A stretch of 64,000 bases of DNA. It comes from Lentisphaeria bacterium. Its GTDB lineage: Bacteria; Verrucomicrobiota; Lentisphaeria; JABSQK01; JAWLHB01. Under the pieces are notes generated by a model, which was not told the DNA's origin, did no database searches, and was given only the letters and a program-made list of their open reading frames with translations. This document shows positions 39,596-50,134 of the stretch, one piece after another. The stretch lies in the NCBI GenBank assembly GCA_041690595.1, contig JAWLHB010000043.1, forward strand, positions 1 to 64,000, in the 5' to 3' direction. A program made the position numbers and the translations under genes. The number at the start of each line of letters is the position of its first letter. The stretch's first letter is position 1.

Positions 39596-41104
39596 TTATT
39601 CAGTCGGTGCGATGGTGGGTTCGGAGCTGACCATCTGCTCCAAGACCTGCTCGGGGAAGTTGAGGGAGCGCAGGTAATCGATGCGGTCAGAACGACTGGT
39701 GTTCTTCCACTCGTTCATGAACTTCATGGCGAAGACCTTGTCCTTGCGCTTCTCCAGTTCAGCCAGAAGCTCTGGCGGAAAGAGAACCGGCGCCAACTGC
39801 AGCATGAAGAACTCGCCGGATTCGATTTCTTCCTTGATGTTGACAAATTCTCCACCGCCGAGGGCCAACTGGCGATCCTTGGCCGCGGCATCGCGGATCA
39901 TGCCATCATCCCATTTCTCCAAGTGCAGCATGGAGGTGGTGTCGTTCTGCACGCGGAGCAGGCGACTCGGCGTGAAGTCACCGAGGTAGACGGGGGAGTT
40001 GGTTACTCGCACCTCGTCCAGCAGGAAGCCTTCCGTATCCCCCGCGACAGTGCTGATGATGCGGTAGCCGGTCGTGACACTGGTGGTGGAGACGGCTGAC
40101 TTCTCGCGGTCGACCTGGAAGCCGCCCACATAGAGCTGAATCTGGCCAGTGGTGAGGGGGTCGTATACTCCCGCGATATGCACCCAACGGTTTTCGACGT
40201 CTCGCGGTACCTTCATGACAGTGGGCTGCCCGACACTTGCCGGAATGGAGAACTCCGCCTCAAAGTCCCCGCTGTCGTTGCGGGTAAAGGAAAAGCGGAA
40301 GGTCTCCAGTGTCTGATCAGAGCCTTCGCCCGTGATCAGCATCGTCTGCCTGGAGGTGCCAGGCAAGGGTTTGATCCAGCATTCGACGGTCAGTGGACCA
40401 TCGGCGGCGGTCATATCGGCAACCGGAATATCAAAGGTGGACTGCAGCTTCAGTGCCCATTCATGGGTATAGACAACGGCGCCGCCAGCGCCATCGTCTA
40501 CGACTTTATCCTTGTCAACCTTGACCCGAGGACCGGCCAATCGCGCCCTTTCACGGTCGACGTAGTCCATCAAGAAGTAGGCCACCCCCGCCAGAACGAC
40601 GACAACGGCGACCGCGGCGACGGTCAGGATGATCACCATGCGCTTGTTCAGGTTGATCGGCTTTTCTTTCTTGACCTGGCGCTGGAAGGCGGCCGGCATG
40701 TCTGGGCCGGCTGCTTCCTCTTCATCCGCGGGACTTGCCTCTTCGGCATCACTGCTGCTGCGCAGCCCGATTTTCTTCTTTTTCGGGATCTCCTTGACGG
40801 AGTCTTCGACATCAGGCGGGAGTGGTGCAGCCGGTGCCATAGGCTTTATGCTGGGGGCCGCGGGACCGTTTTCGGCTTGTCTGGCAGCTGACTCTTCCTC
40901 TTCAAACTGCTTTCTCTGGGCGCTGTTGATGATCTTCGTTGCCTGGGAGAGGAACTGATCGTCGGGAAGATTTTCGAGCTTTTCCAGATCCTCCTTTTCA
41001 ATGAGAGGCATCAGAAGCTGAATATTGGTGATCGGCAATCCCAGGAGTTTGGACATCCGCTGGGCAAGTGCTTCCCGCCTTGCATTATCTTCGACTACAT
41101 CCAT
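39596..41104 (-). CDS. Single-pass membrane protein with LamG/concanavalin-like domain
   Basis: LTVECWIKP, WVHIAGVYD, LYVGG and LDEVRVT after one TM helix. Confidence 0.8.
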   Translation of the reverse strand: MDVVEDNARREALAQRMSKLLGLPITNIQLLMPLIEKEDLEKLENLPDDQFLSQATKIINSAQRKQFEEEESAARQAENGPAAPSIKPMAPAAPLPPDVEDSVKEIPKKKKIGLRSSSDAEEASPADEEEAAGPDMPAAFQRQVKKEKPINLNKRMVIILTVAAVAVVVVLAGVAYFLMDYVDRERARLAGPRVKVDKDKVVDDGAGGAVVYTHEWALKLQSTFDIPVADMTAADGPLTVECWIKPLPGTSRQTMLITGEGSDQTLETFRFSFTRNDSGDFEAEFSIPASVGQPTVMKVPRDVENRWVHIAGVYDPLTTGQIQLYVGGFQVDREKSAVSTTSVTTGYRIISTVAGDTEGFLLDEVRVTNSPVYLGDFTPSRLLRVQNDTTSMLHLEKWDDGMIRDAAAKDRQLALGGGEFVNIKEEIESGEFFMLQLAPVLFPPELLAELEKRKDKVFAMKFMNEWKNTSRSDRIDYLRSLNFPEQVLEQMVSSEPTIAPTE

Positions 41105-41371
41105 GGCAAGCTTCCTCGATCCGTGGTTGACTGGCTTCGCCAGGAGCAGGAGCGCATCGCGCCCACGGCCCACTCACAGCGACTTCGATAGTATATGCGG
41201 GCAACACCCCTTTGGCAAGTCGAAACGGTACCCCGTGAGGGTGAGATCCTTGCGGCATGGTGAGGAACGATTCCAGCTCAGGCTGGGGATTCTTTCGCGC
41301 ATTGCTCGAAATTGATTTGCAAAAGAGTATTCGATATTGCACTATTATTCCAACTTCATTCGGAGTGATTC

Positions 41372-42451
41372 ATGGTACAGTCAGATCTGACAGATAAGCC
41401 GATTCCGTTTCAGGGGGTGAAGGACGACCTGCTCGGGCAGATCATGTCGGGAGGGCTTCGGCCGGGTGACAAACTGCAATCGACAGCACGTTTGGCGGCC
41501 CATTACCAGGTCGCCGTGCCTACAGCGCACCGGGCGCTGAACGAATTGGCGAAACAGGGTTACCTGACGCGCAAGACTGGGGTGGGCACCTTTGTCCGGC
41601 AGGCTGATGTGGCACGCGTCCACGATACGGTTGGCGCGGTGATTCGGTGTGACGGGCACATATGGTCCGACTTCGCTAACAGCCTGTTGCGGAATTTGCG
41701 TCAACTGGAGGTAAACACGATCACCGTCAACGTGGAAGAGCTGGCTTGCGACGAGATCGTCACAGCGCCTGCGTTTCTGCAGTTGATGGAGAGCCTGCCG
41801 GCGACGGTAATCGTGCAGTACACCAAGGTTGGTGAAGAGATCCTGAAGGTCGCGCCGGAGACGCATGTTATATCGCTGGAGCCGAACCCGGGCCATCGGC
41901 ATCTGGACATGGTGGCGCCGGACTTGATGGAGGTGGGGAGCATGGCAGCGCGACACCTGATCGAGCGTGGCTACCGGCGTGTCGACCTCGCGGGGATTTT
42001 CGTCACCGGAGAGGGGCCTTACCGGCCGAGCCTGGAGACCCGCACGCTGCGCGATGGTCTGGACTATGAACTGCAACAGGCGGGGCTGCCGCCAGCGAAT
42101 CTGGTCGATATTCGCAGTGGCGACGATGCTTCGGAACACCTTCGCGCCTATCTGAGTTCGGCGGAGCGGGCGCCGGCCATCGTCTGTTCGATGGCTCATC
42201 GGTCAGCACAACTGGTGCGGTTGGCGCGGGAGCTTGGTTTGCGGATTCCAGAAGATCTGGCGCTGGTATCGGCCTTGGAATCGCCCTGGACTGAAGCTTA
42301 CGATCTGACGGCGATCGATCAGCGCCATGGATCGATAGCGGAACTCTGCGTTGCACTCATCAACGAAAGCCGCGACGGTGGTCGCGGTCCCATTCGCCAT
42401 CGACGCGCTTACACAGTCGCGCCGCAACTCGTCATTCGTCAATCCACTTGA
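41372..42451 (+). CDS. GntR-family regulator with LacI-like sugar-binding domain
   Basis: GDKLQSTARLA...TAHRALNELAKQGYL.RK.GVGTFV; RIPEDLALV and LVIRQST. Confidence 0.9.
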   Translation: MVQSDLTDKPIPFQGVKDDLLGQIMSGGLRPGDKLQSTARLAAHYQVAVPTAHRALNELAKQGYLTRKTGVGTFVRQADVARVHDTVGAVIRCDGHIWSDFANSLLRNLRQLEVNTITVNVEELACDEIVTAPAFLQLMESLPATVIVQYTKVGEEILKVAPETHVISLEPNPGHRHLDMVAPDLMEVGSMAARHLIERGYRRVDLAGIFVTGEGPYRPSLETRTLRDGLDYELQQAGLPPANLVDIRSGDDASEHLRAYLSSAERAPAIVCSMAHRSAQLVRLARELGLRIPEDLALVSALESPWTEAYDLTAIDQRHGSIAELCVALINESRDGGRGPIRHRRAYTVAPQLVIRQST

Positions 42452-42469
42452 TCAGAAAGAAGGCCCAAC

Positions 42470-43330
42470 ATGCGCATACTTTCAGCCGCTTCACCATCAC
42501 GACGCCACTTCACGCTCATCGAATTGCTGGTCGTGGTGGCGATAATCGCCGTACTGGCGTCACTGCTGTTGCCGGCGCTGAGCCGGGCGCGGGCGCAGGC
42601 GCGGGTGGCGTCCTGCTCGTCGGTGCTCAAGCAGGTGGGTATGGCCATGGCCATGTACAGCGGAGATTTCGAAGACTACTTCGTGCAGAAGGAGACGGGT
42701 TGGGCGCAGGGGCAGGATCGCTACGGTCGTCCGGTGGGTGAGTCGCCGCAGACGAATGCGGTGGGCCGTTTTCGGGATATTGTGCGTCTGGGGTATGCGA
42801 CGCAGGATGTGTTGTATTGTCCGGCGCAAAGTAGGCCGACAAGATGGCTGCCGGGATATCTTGCCGGTCAGGACTCGGGTAATCTGATCATCAGCCATCA
42901 CTACGGCGGCAGTGGAGACTGGATCTATTTTGGGGGTGGGGTCATGAATCTGGGAGGGGTCGGCATGAACGTCTATACGGACAAGACGCTTCGGGTGATC
43001 GATGTGAATGCGGAACGGTGGCCGTTGGTGATGGACCGCATCGCGGATCCGACCCATCGCTATTACTTACAGGGCGGCACCAATCATGAGCCCGGAAACT
43101 GCCGCGGCGGGAATATTGTCTATGCGGACGGCCACGCCGGCTGGATCGCGCTGGCTGATACCCAGCGGGCCGGTGACAACCGGGACGTCCTGTGCAATGT
43201 ACCCAAAGACGAGTTGGGGCGCTCGATACCGCACATCGGCTATGGAGGATTGAACTACATGAACAGCCCGACGGCGGTGGTCAGCAAGACAGTGGTTCTC
43301 AACAGCGGCTTCCTGTACCGCGCGCCTTGA
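42470..43330 (+). CDS. Prepilin-type N-terminal cleavage/methylation protein with H-X9-DG-like motif
   Basis: [30 protein letters not shown]...[11 protein letters not shown]. Confidence 0.9.
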   Translation: MRILSAASPSRRHFTLIELLVVVAIIAVLASLLLPALSRARAQARVASCSSVLKQVGMAMAMYSGDFEDYFVQKETGWAQGQDRYGRPVGESPQTNAVGRFRDIVRLGYATQDVLYCPAQSRPTRWLPGYLAGQDSGNLIISHHYGGSGDWIYFGGGVMNLGGVGMNVYTDKTLRVIDVNAERWPLVMDRIADPTHRYYLQGGTNHEPGNCRGGNIVYADGHAGWIALADTQRAGDNRDVLCNVPKDELGRSIPHIGYGGLNYMNSPTAVVSKTVVLNSGFLYRAP

Positions 43331-43348
43331 GACCGGTCGAAGGTGCGT

Positions 43349-43792
43349 CTATACCCATTTGCCAAAGCTGCGCAGGACGACAAAGCTCTCCGTGCGCGCA
43401 ATGCCCTCGACAGATGAGAGCGACTCGGTAAGGAACTGAACGAGTCCCTTGTTGGAGTCAACCAGGATCTCTGCCAGGATGTCGAAGCGCCCACTGACTA
43501 TCGAGACGGAGAGGACCTGATCGAGGGTGGAGATGCGTTCGGCGATCTCGCGCAAGCGGCGGGATTCCTGGATGCCGATGCCGATGAAGGCGAGCTGCTG
43601 ATCGGCGAGCACCTCGGGATCGATCAAGGCGCGAACGCCGAGGATTCCCGCCTCTTTCAAACGCTTGAGACGCTGGCGGACGGTACCTTCCGAGATGCTC
43701 AATTCGCGGGCGATAGCGTTGTTGCTGACATGCTCGCGCTGGAGGATCCGGATGATCTGCCAATCGATGTCGTCAGGTTGCATGGAGGTCAT
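43349..43792 (-). CDS. Lrp/AsnC regulator (AldR-like)
   Basis: DDIDWQII..LQ, IARELSISEGTVRQRLKRL and VSGRFDI; 4-bp overlap with ald. Confidence 0.9.
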   Translation of the reverse strand: MTSMQPDDIDWQIIRILQREHVSNNAIARELSISEGTVRQRLKRLKEAGILGVRALIDPEVLADQQLAFIGIGIQESRRLREIAERISTLDQVLSVSIVSGRFDILAEILVDSNKGLVQFLTESLSSVEGIARTESFVVLRSFGKWV

Positions 43793-44904
43793 GAGAGTAC
43801 CTGGTCGACGTCGGAGTACGGCAGTTCGAAGGCGTCGGCAACGGCAGCATAGGTAATTTTGCCGTCATAGGTGTTGAGGCCGCGACGCAACTGGCGCGAC
43901 TGGCGGCATGCTTCCTCCACACCGAATTCGGCGAGCGCGAGACCGTAGAAGAGGGTCGTGCTGGTCAGGGCGCGCGTGGATGAGAGGGCGACGGCGCCGG
44001 GCATGTTGGCCACGCAGTAATGAACCACACCGTCAACGACGTAGACCGGATCCTCGTGGGTGGTCGGGCGGGTGGTTTCGCAGCAGCCGCCCTGATCGAC
44101 CGCCACATCGACGATAACGGCGCCTGGTTTCATCAGCTGGAGGTGTTCACGCCGCACCAGCGTTGGCGCTTTGGCGCCGGGCTTGAGGACGGCGCCAATG
44201 ACGACATCACTCTGGGCAAGAACGGTCTCGAGGTTGCTGTCGGTGCTGTAGAGGGTGGTGATGTGGGTGCTGAAGATGTCGTCGAGGTAGGAGAGGCGAT
44301 CGTGGCTGATGTCGAGGATGGTGACATCGGCGCCCATGCCGACGGCGATTTTGCAGGCATTGGTGCCGACAACGCCACCGCCGATGATGCCGACCTTGCC
44401 GCGCGGTACGCCGGGTACGCCGGCCAGGAGGACGCCGCGTCCGCCGTAGGTCTTTTCGAGGTATTTGGCGCCTTCCTGGACGGAGAGCCGTCCGGCGATC
44501 TCACTCATGGGCTTGAGGCAAGGGAGGGCGCCGGAGTCGGTCTCGATGGTTTCGTAGGCGACAGCTTTGACCTTTCTGTCCAGAAGCATGCGGGTGACGT
44601 CGCGTGCGGCAGCGAGGTGGAGATAGGTGAAGAGGATCTGTCCTTCGCGGAAGAGGGCAAATTCCTCCGTCTGCGGTTCCTTGACCTTGACGATCATCTC
44701 TGCTTCGGCGAAGACGGTCTCGGCGTCAGGGAGAATGGTGGCGCCGGCTCTCTGGTATTCCTCATCGGCGAAGCCCGCGGCGGCGCCGGCATCCCGCTCG
44801 ACAACGACATCATGTCCCCGCGCTACGTAAGATCTGGTGCAGTCGGGGGTCAATCCAACGCGGTATTCATGCTTCTTGATTTCACGAACGGTACCGATTC
44901 GCAT
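43789..44904 (-). CDS. ald: Alanine dehydrogenase
   Basis: [35 protein letters not shown] and [11 protein letters not shown]. Confidence 0.97.
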   Translation of the reverse strand: MRIGTVREIKKHEYRVGLTPDCTRSYVARGHDVVVERDAGAAAGFADEEYQRAGATILPDAETVFAEAEMIVKVKEPQTEEFALFREGQILFTYLHLAAARDVTRMLLDRKVKAVAYETIETDSGALPCLKPMSEIAGRLSVQEGAKYLEKTYGGRGVLLAGVPGVPRGKVGIIGGGVVGTNACKIAVGMGADVTILDISHDRLSYLDDIFSTHITTLYSTDSNLETVLAQSDVVIGAVLKPGAKAPTLVRREHLQLMKPGAVIVDVAVDQGGCCETTRPTTHEDPVYVVDGVVHYCVANMPGAVALSSTRALTSTTLFYGLALAEFGVEEACRQSRQLRRGLNTYDGKITYAAVADAFELPYSDVDQVLS

Positions 44905-44923
44905 GGAGATCCTCATCCTTGTA

Positions 44924-44963
44924 CGAGTTTCGAAGTTTGATACTACTATACCTTCGAATTTCG
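44924..44963. promoter_or_regulatory. Inverted repeat operator candidate upstream of ald
   Basis: cgagtttcgaag (44924-44935) and cttcgaatttcg (44952-44963) match at 10/12 and flank a minus-strand TATAGT. Confidence 0.5.
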
Positions 44964-44988
44964 CACATCAAGGCGATCCGCTGGAAAT

Positions 44989-46698
44989 TTATCTCAGCCA
45001 GAAGTAGTGCCATGTGTAGTCGAGCTGGACGGCTTCGCCAGCATCGAGGTCGAGGCTCCAGTCCATGCGTCCGATGATATTGGCTCTGCTCCACCACCAG
45101 TTCCAGTGTGAGTGGTACCACCAGTAGGCCTCATCGGCCAGCAAAGAATCGGCGTCCTGCCAGTCGGCGAGGCGGCGAATGCTGCCATCGTGACTGGCGC
45201 TGTCGGGATCACCGAAGATGGCGCGACTGACCTCGATCCGGATGGGCTCGGCAGTGCGATTGGTCAGGACGATCATGCCTTTCATATCGGTTCTGGTAAA
45301 CAGGTGGCCGTTGATTTTGAGAGCGCCGTCGGTAAAGGCGGTGGCTTCGGAGGCGAGTTTGACGGGGACGTTGACAGCGGTAGTCAGGGTGAGGTCGCCT
45401 TTGGCACCGCGAGGAGTGTATCGCATCATTCCCTGTGCCAGGAGCCGGCCGTTCCGCAGCAGGAGGACTGGGGCGGTGGTGAGGGGATAGTCGCTGGAGT
45501 TGGTCAGGCGCACTTTGTGCATGACCAGAGGTTGGCGCGAGACACGGGCGACATTGTCGCGCGACCATCCCTGGATGAGTTGGGTCGGCGGTTGAAAGGC
45601 GATGTCGATCGTGTAGAGATCCTCGTATGGGATCTCGAACTCGAGAACGGGGAGGACGAGTCGCTCGCCTTTGCGCAGGGAGATGTCGGTCAAGGTGAAG
45701 ACGAATAGATCATCGGTGGCTGTCGACTCGATATGCGGTCCCAGGTCGAGGACGGGGGCGGTGGGGGTATGGACCGTGGTATCGATCTGAGGCATGCTGA
45801 CTTGGGACATGATGGAGTTGGTCATGAAGTTGTGGGTCTGCGCCTGTGGCTGGAAGTGGCGGGAGAGGGTGACCATGGTACGCTGAAAGGAGATGGGGTC
45901 GGGTTGGTCGGCAAAGGCGAAGGTGGGGACGCCGACAACGAGGTTGAGGGTGACCTTCTCCAGGTCGAGCATCTCGTTGATGAGAGTAGCCTGGAGCTTG
46001 ACGCGGGCATGGCCGTTGTCGTCGAGATCGATGCGATAATTGGGAATCCAGCGAATGCCGCGCTGGACGTAGGCCATGCCGACTTCGGCCGGAGCGGCGC
46101 CTTTTCCGCCGAGGGTCATGGTGAGCATGTGACGATCCTGTCGGCGTGTGAGGTCGGTGGCTGGTGGCGAGAGGAAGGTGATGTCGCGGATAAGGGAGAC
46201 GGGCAGGACTCGCGTGCCGGCGCCGGTTTCCAGCATGACGAGGCCCAGCGGCAGCCAGGGGTTCGCGGGATCTTCCGGGGCGGTGGCCGCGGGGCGCTCC
46301 TCTCCACGCAAGGGGACGGAGAGGATGGTAGCGGTGTAGCGCTCGTTGTTCTGTTCGACGATGAGCACCTTGGCGCCGATGTTGGCCTGCAGGAGCTGGA
46401 GAAGATCCCGTGCCGGATGGCTGACACTGCCTTCGTGCAGCCCGGATCGGACACTCTGCAAGGGGCGCTTTTCGTCGGCGCTGAAGGGCCAATATGCGCC
46501 GAGAATGGGCATGGGGAGATAATCGACGATCACCTGTCCGTCGGCGTCCGGCACCACAGTGCCCCGATGCATGACAAAGGCGTGACCATCCTTGAAGACG
46601 GTGACCTCCCGGACCGGCATATCGGCCAGCTTCACCAGATTGTCCGCGTTGACCAGACTCATCATTGCCATTGTGACAGCAAGTGCGAAACTACGCAT
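44989..46698 (-). CDS. DUF4139/DUF4140-like secreted protein
   Basis: RBS GGAGG; signal peptide; VTVFKDGHAFV, W.P.YRIDL and LQATLIN. Confidence 0.75.
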   Translation of the reverse strand: MRSFALAVTMAMMSLVNADNLVKLADMPVREVTVFKDGHAFVMHRGTVVPDADGQVIVDYLPMPILGAYWPFSADEKRPLQSVRSGLHEGSVSHPARDLLQLLQANIGAKVLIVEQNNERYTATILSVPLRGEERPAATAPEDPANPWLPLGLVMLETGAGTRVLPVSLIRDITFLSPPATDLTRRQDRHMLTMTLGGKGAAPAEVGMAYVQRGIRWIPNYRIDLDDNGHARVKLQATLINEMLDLEKVTLNLVVGVPTFAFADQPDPISFQRTMVTLSRHFQPQAQTHNFMTNSIMSQVSMPQIDTTVHTPTAPVLDLGPHIESTATDDLFVFTLTDISLRKGERLVLPVLEFEIPYEDLYTIDIAFQPPTQLIQGWSRDNVARVSRQPLVMHKVRLTNSSDYPLTTAPVLLLRNGRLLAQGMMRYTPRGAKGDLTLTTAVNVPVKLASEATAFTDGALKINGHLFTRTDMKGMIVLTNRTAEPIRIEVSRAIFGDPDSASHDGSIRRLADWQDADSLLADEAYWWYHSHWNWWWSRANIIGRMDWSLDLDAGEAVQLDYTWHYFWLR

Positions 46699-46885
46699 TG
46701 TCGTTTCCTCCATGGAGTTGTGGGTAATCATTCACTATGCGTTGGGGAGGCGGAGCGGGTGTGCGGACAGTGCAAAAGAGTTGTAAAAAGCATGTCAGTA
46801 AGCTTGCGCTCGGAATACTGCACTTGCAGGCTGGCGGTGTGGCGCTATATATAGGCAAACGCCAACCCACATTCGCGGAGGTCCC

Positions 46886-47947
46886 ATGTCAAGCACCCGG
46901 ACTCGTGTTGCGATCATCGGCTGCGGCAATATAGCCGGCCATTACGCCAAGAACCTCGCCAGCTATCCGGAGGTCGAGTTGGTCGGGGCAACGGATCTGG
47001 ACGCCGAGCGCGCCAAGGCGCTGACGGATGCGCATGGGGGAAAGCCTTATGCATCTCTGGACGGACTGCTGGCGGATCCTTCCATCAGCATTGTGGTGAA
47101 TCTGACAATACACCATGCGCATTATGAGATCACCAAGCGCTGTCTGGAGGCTGGGAAGCATGTCTTTTCGGAGAAGCCGATCGCGTTGACGCCGGGAGAA
47201 GCGCATGAATTGGTGCGGTTGGCGGATGCCAAGGGGCTACGGCTGGGTTCGTCGCCATTCACGTGGATGGGTGAAGCGCAGCAATCGGCGTGGAAGCTGA
47301 TTCGTGAGGGCAAGCTCGGCAAGGTGCGGCTGGTCTTCGCGGAAGTGAATCATGGTCGCATTGAATCGTGGCATCCTAATCCCGGTCCCTTCTATGCGGT
47401 GGGCCCGTGGTTCGACGTGGGGGTCTATCCACTGACCCTCCTCACCACCTTTTTTGGGCCGGTGCAGTGGATCCAGGCCGCGGGTGACGTGCTTTATCCG
47501 GATCGGGTCACCAAGGAAGGTAAGGCTTTCCACATCGAGACCCCGGATTGCATGCTGGCGACGCTGAAACTGGCGGGTGGTCCGTTGGTGCGGCTCACCT
47601 GCAACTTCTACGTGAAGACGACCCGCCAGGCGGGGATCGAGTTTCACGGAGATGAAGGGTCGCTGCATCTGGGCAGCTGGCAGGCGTTCCAGGCAGAAGT
47701 TTGCTACGGCGCGTTCGGTCAGCCACTGGACCTGATCGCACCGGATAGTGAGCCATATGTCGGGACGGAATGGGGGCGGGGCATTCGTGACATGGCGGAA
47801 GCGATACGGATGAACCAACCTCATCGGGCGACTGGGGCGCAGGCAGCGCACGTGGTCGATGTCCTTGCGGCGGGGATGCAGTCGATGGAGCAGGGCAAGC
47901 GCATGGTGATCGATTCGAGCTTCCCGGCGCCGCCACCGATAGGCTGA
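46886..47947 (+). CDS. Gfo/Idh/MocA oxidoreductase
   Basis: VAIIGCGNIA, GKHVFSEKP and FDVGVYP. Confidence 0.92.
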   Translation: MSSTRTRVAIIGCGNIAGHYAKNLASYPEVELVGATDLDAERAKALTDAHGGKPYASLDGLLADPSISIVVNLTIHHAHYEITKRCLEAGKHVFSEKPIALTPGEAHELVRLADAKGLRLGSSPFTWMGEAQQSAWKLIREGKLGKVRLVFAEVNHGRIESWHPNPGPFYAVGPWFDVGVYPLTLLTTFFGPVQWIQAAGDVLYPDRVTKEGKAFHIETPDCMLATLKLAGGPLVRLTCNFYVKTTRQAGIEFHGDEGSLHLGSWQAFQAEVCYGAFGQPLDLIAPDSEPYVGTEWGRGIRDMAEAIRMNQPHRATGAQAAHVVDVLAAGMQSMEQGKRMVIDSSFPAPPPIG

Positions 47948-47959
47948 GCGTCCAGCGCT

Positions 47960-48391
47960 GACGAAAGTGGACGAAGTGGACGGTAGTGGAATTGAGCTCA
48001 CGCGGGGAAGAGTTACGCGGTGGACGCAACCCTTTCAGGGTTGATGTATGGGCGGCAGTATACCCAGGGTAGCACCGCCTTTGGCGGCACAACCCTGGGC
48101 TATGGGACGCAGCCCCGTTGGGGCAAGTGGACGCAGTGGACGAAGTGGACGGGGCAGGCGCGAAGGAGCAGCAGGTCGCCGCTCGGGGAGCGGCTCCAGG
48201 TGGGGGGGCAGGCGAGTGGCATGCCCAGGGGCGTGGGAGCGGTGATGGCGTTGGGGAGGGGCAACGGCCAACGCCGGTGCCACTCAGGCGAGTGGCGTGC
48301 CCAGGGGGCGCGGGAGCGGTGATGGCGTTGGGGGGGGGGGCAACGGCCAACGCCGGTGCCACTCAGGCGAGTGGCATGCCCAGGGGGCGCG
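47960..48391. repeat. Composite REP-like palindrome/tandem repeat cluster
   Basis: 9-bp agtggacg(a/c) runs; caaccct-ttc-agggttg; cccagggt...accctggg; 2.3 tandem 76-79-bp units containing gccactc-aggc-gagtggc. Confidence 0.85.
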
Positions 48392-48456
48392 TGTTGAATT
48401 GCGCCTCAAGAAGGTGAGAACAGGATTCGTCGGCACTGAGCAATCGCGGAAGATTA

Positions 48457-48484
48457 TTGCAGAACGGCGAGGCTGCGGTATACT
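48457..48484 (+). promoter_or_regulatory. Putative sigma70 promoter
   Basis: TTGCAG-N16-TATACT before the ATG at 48527. Confidence 0.45.
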
Positions 48485-48526
48485 ACAGAACTCGCCCATC
48501 GTCTTGAACCTGCAGAAAGCCATCTC

Positions 48527-49255
48527 ATGCATCCATTCCTGCAACGCTCTCTCCTTGCATCGAACTTCATCTGCGGCCTGCCAAAAGAGATCGAGGCTCC
48601 GGAGGATTATGCATCGCTGTTGCCGTGGTTTCTAGTACCCGCCATCGCGTTGGGAATCGGGACACTTCTGCTGGGGCTGCTCTTTACGTTGCCATTGCCG
48701 CCGATGGCGACGGCGCTGCTGGGATCGATGGCGATCGTGCTTTTCTGGCTGGCGGTGAGCCGTGGGCAGAACCTGCTTGCCGCGGGAACGATCGCTCACG
48801 TGCTGGAGGTGCAGCTGAGCGCGGGTGATGGCTCGCGGGAAGAGGGCGCAACGTTGAGCCGGCAGTTGGCGATCTTCGTGGTGCTGATTTTGAAGCTGGG
48901 TTGCGTGGCGATCCTGCTCCACAAGGGGGGCTGGGGCGGCCTGTGGTGGCTTTTCCTGGTGCCGGTCTATTCAGTCTTCTACGCGATGGAGATGTCGAAC
49001 TATCTGGGGTATTTCGGGGAAAATCCGGAGCTTTCGGGCCCGAAGCGGGCAGTGGCGGTGTCACTTTTCCTTGCTCTGGGCCTGGTGGGGGGCTTCAAGG
49101 GTCTCTTTGCGGCGCTCTTCATCTGGCTTTTGTGCCACATGGTGGGTACCTGGGGCCGGCAGAAGGAGGCAGAGTTTCGCGCCGTTCTGGTGAATGGCGG
49201 CTCAGAACTGACAGAAACGCTCATGCTTCTCCTTGGCGTGATCCTCCTCAACTGA
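48527..49255 (+). CDS. Polytopic membrane protein, distantly CobS-like
   Basis: 6-7 TM; C-terminal GGSELTETLMLL resembles the CobS GA..ELxE ending. Confidence 0.5.
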   Translation: MHPFLQRSLLASNFICGLPKEIEAPEDYASLLPWFLVPAIALGIGTLLLGLLFTLPLPPMATALLGSMAIVLFWLAVSRGQNLLAAGTIAHVLEVQLSAGDGSREEGATLSRQLAIFVVLILKLGCVAILLHKGGWGGLWWLFLVPVYSVFYAMEMSNYLGYFGENPELSGPKRAVAVSLFLALGLVGGFKGLFAALFIWLLCHMVGTWGRQKEAEFRAVLVNGGSELTETLMLLLGVILLN

Positions 49256-49262
49256 TCGTATC

Positions 49263-50132
49263 ATGAAATCATCTCTGATAAAACTGGTCGCCCTGCTCGT
49301 GATTCCGCTGCTCCTGCCGGCTCAGGAGGAGGTGGAACGAGCGGTAGTGACGGCGGACCGGCTGAATGTGCGGGCCGGAGCTGGTACCCGTTATGAAGTC
49401 ATCGCGCAGTTGCGGGAACATACGGAAGTGCGCGTACTGCGGCGGCAGGAGGTGTGGGTAGGGATTCAGACGCCGCCACACGCGGATGCCTGGGTACCCG
49501 CCAATTCGCTGGATGCGCAAGGGGTGGTGACGGAAGAAGAGCTTCACATCCATGCCGGGCCGGGCATCTATTACACGGGGTACGGTGTGCTCAAGAAGGG
49601 GGACAAGGTTGAAGTGCGGCGCAAGAAGGATGGCTTGTGGGCTGAGATTGTGCCGCCGGAAGGGGTTGTTTCCTGGGTGCATGGCGACTACCTGAAGGCG
49701 CCCAGTACCGCGGTGGATCCGCCCGAAGGGGAGGAAGCCGGAGATCCCGAGATAGCCGCGGATCCAACCGATCAGGTGGAGCCGTCGGAGCAGGTCGAGG
49801 CGTTGCCCCCGCCAGGGGACGATGCCGCGCAGCGCACGGTGGGCAGCCCACAGCAGGTGGAACGCACCGGGTACATTGTGCCGCTGGGCAGCGAGCCAGG
49901 ACCGTGGACCTTTGCGCTGGCGCAGAAGGTGGAACAGAGGTACTACCCGATCGCCTACCTGGGCAAGGGATATCCGGACATGAAGCAGTGGTTGTGGAAG
50001 GAGGTGGTGGTGACGGGTATGCACGAATGGCTTCAAGGGTGGCCGCGGCCCCGGATCACGATCGAATCCCTCAAGCTGGCATCAGAAGGCGAGCCGGAGA
50101 GAGCCGAAGCTCCCGCGGCGCCGGCGGAATAA
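49263..50132 (+). CDS. Secreted protein with two bacterial SH3 domains
   Basis: Signal peptide; LNVRAGAGT.Y and LHIHAGPG..Y...WVHGDYL. Confidence 0.85.
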   Translation: MKSSLIKLVALLVIPLLLPAQEEVERAVVTADRLNVRAGAGTRYEVIAQLREHTEVRVLRRQEVWVGIQTPPHADAWVPANSLDAQGVVTEEELHIHAGPGIYYTGYGVLKKGDKVEVRRKKDGLWAEIVPPEGVVSWVHGDYLKAPSTAVDPPEGEEAGDPEIAADPTDQVEPSEQVEALPPPGDDAAQRTVGSPQQVERTGYIVPLGSEPGPWTFALAQKVEQRYYPIAYLGKGYPDMKQWLWKEVVVTGMHEWLQGWPRPRITIESLKLASEGEPERAEAPAAPAE

Positions 50133-50134
50133 AG

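Noticed and set aside
47960..48391. Possible CRISPR array
   Set aside because: Units are repeated along their whole length with no unique spacers, and no cas genes are present.
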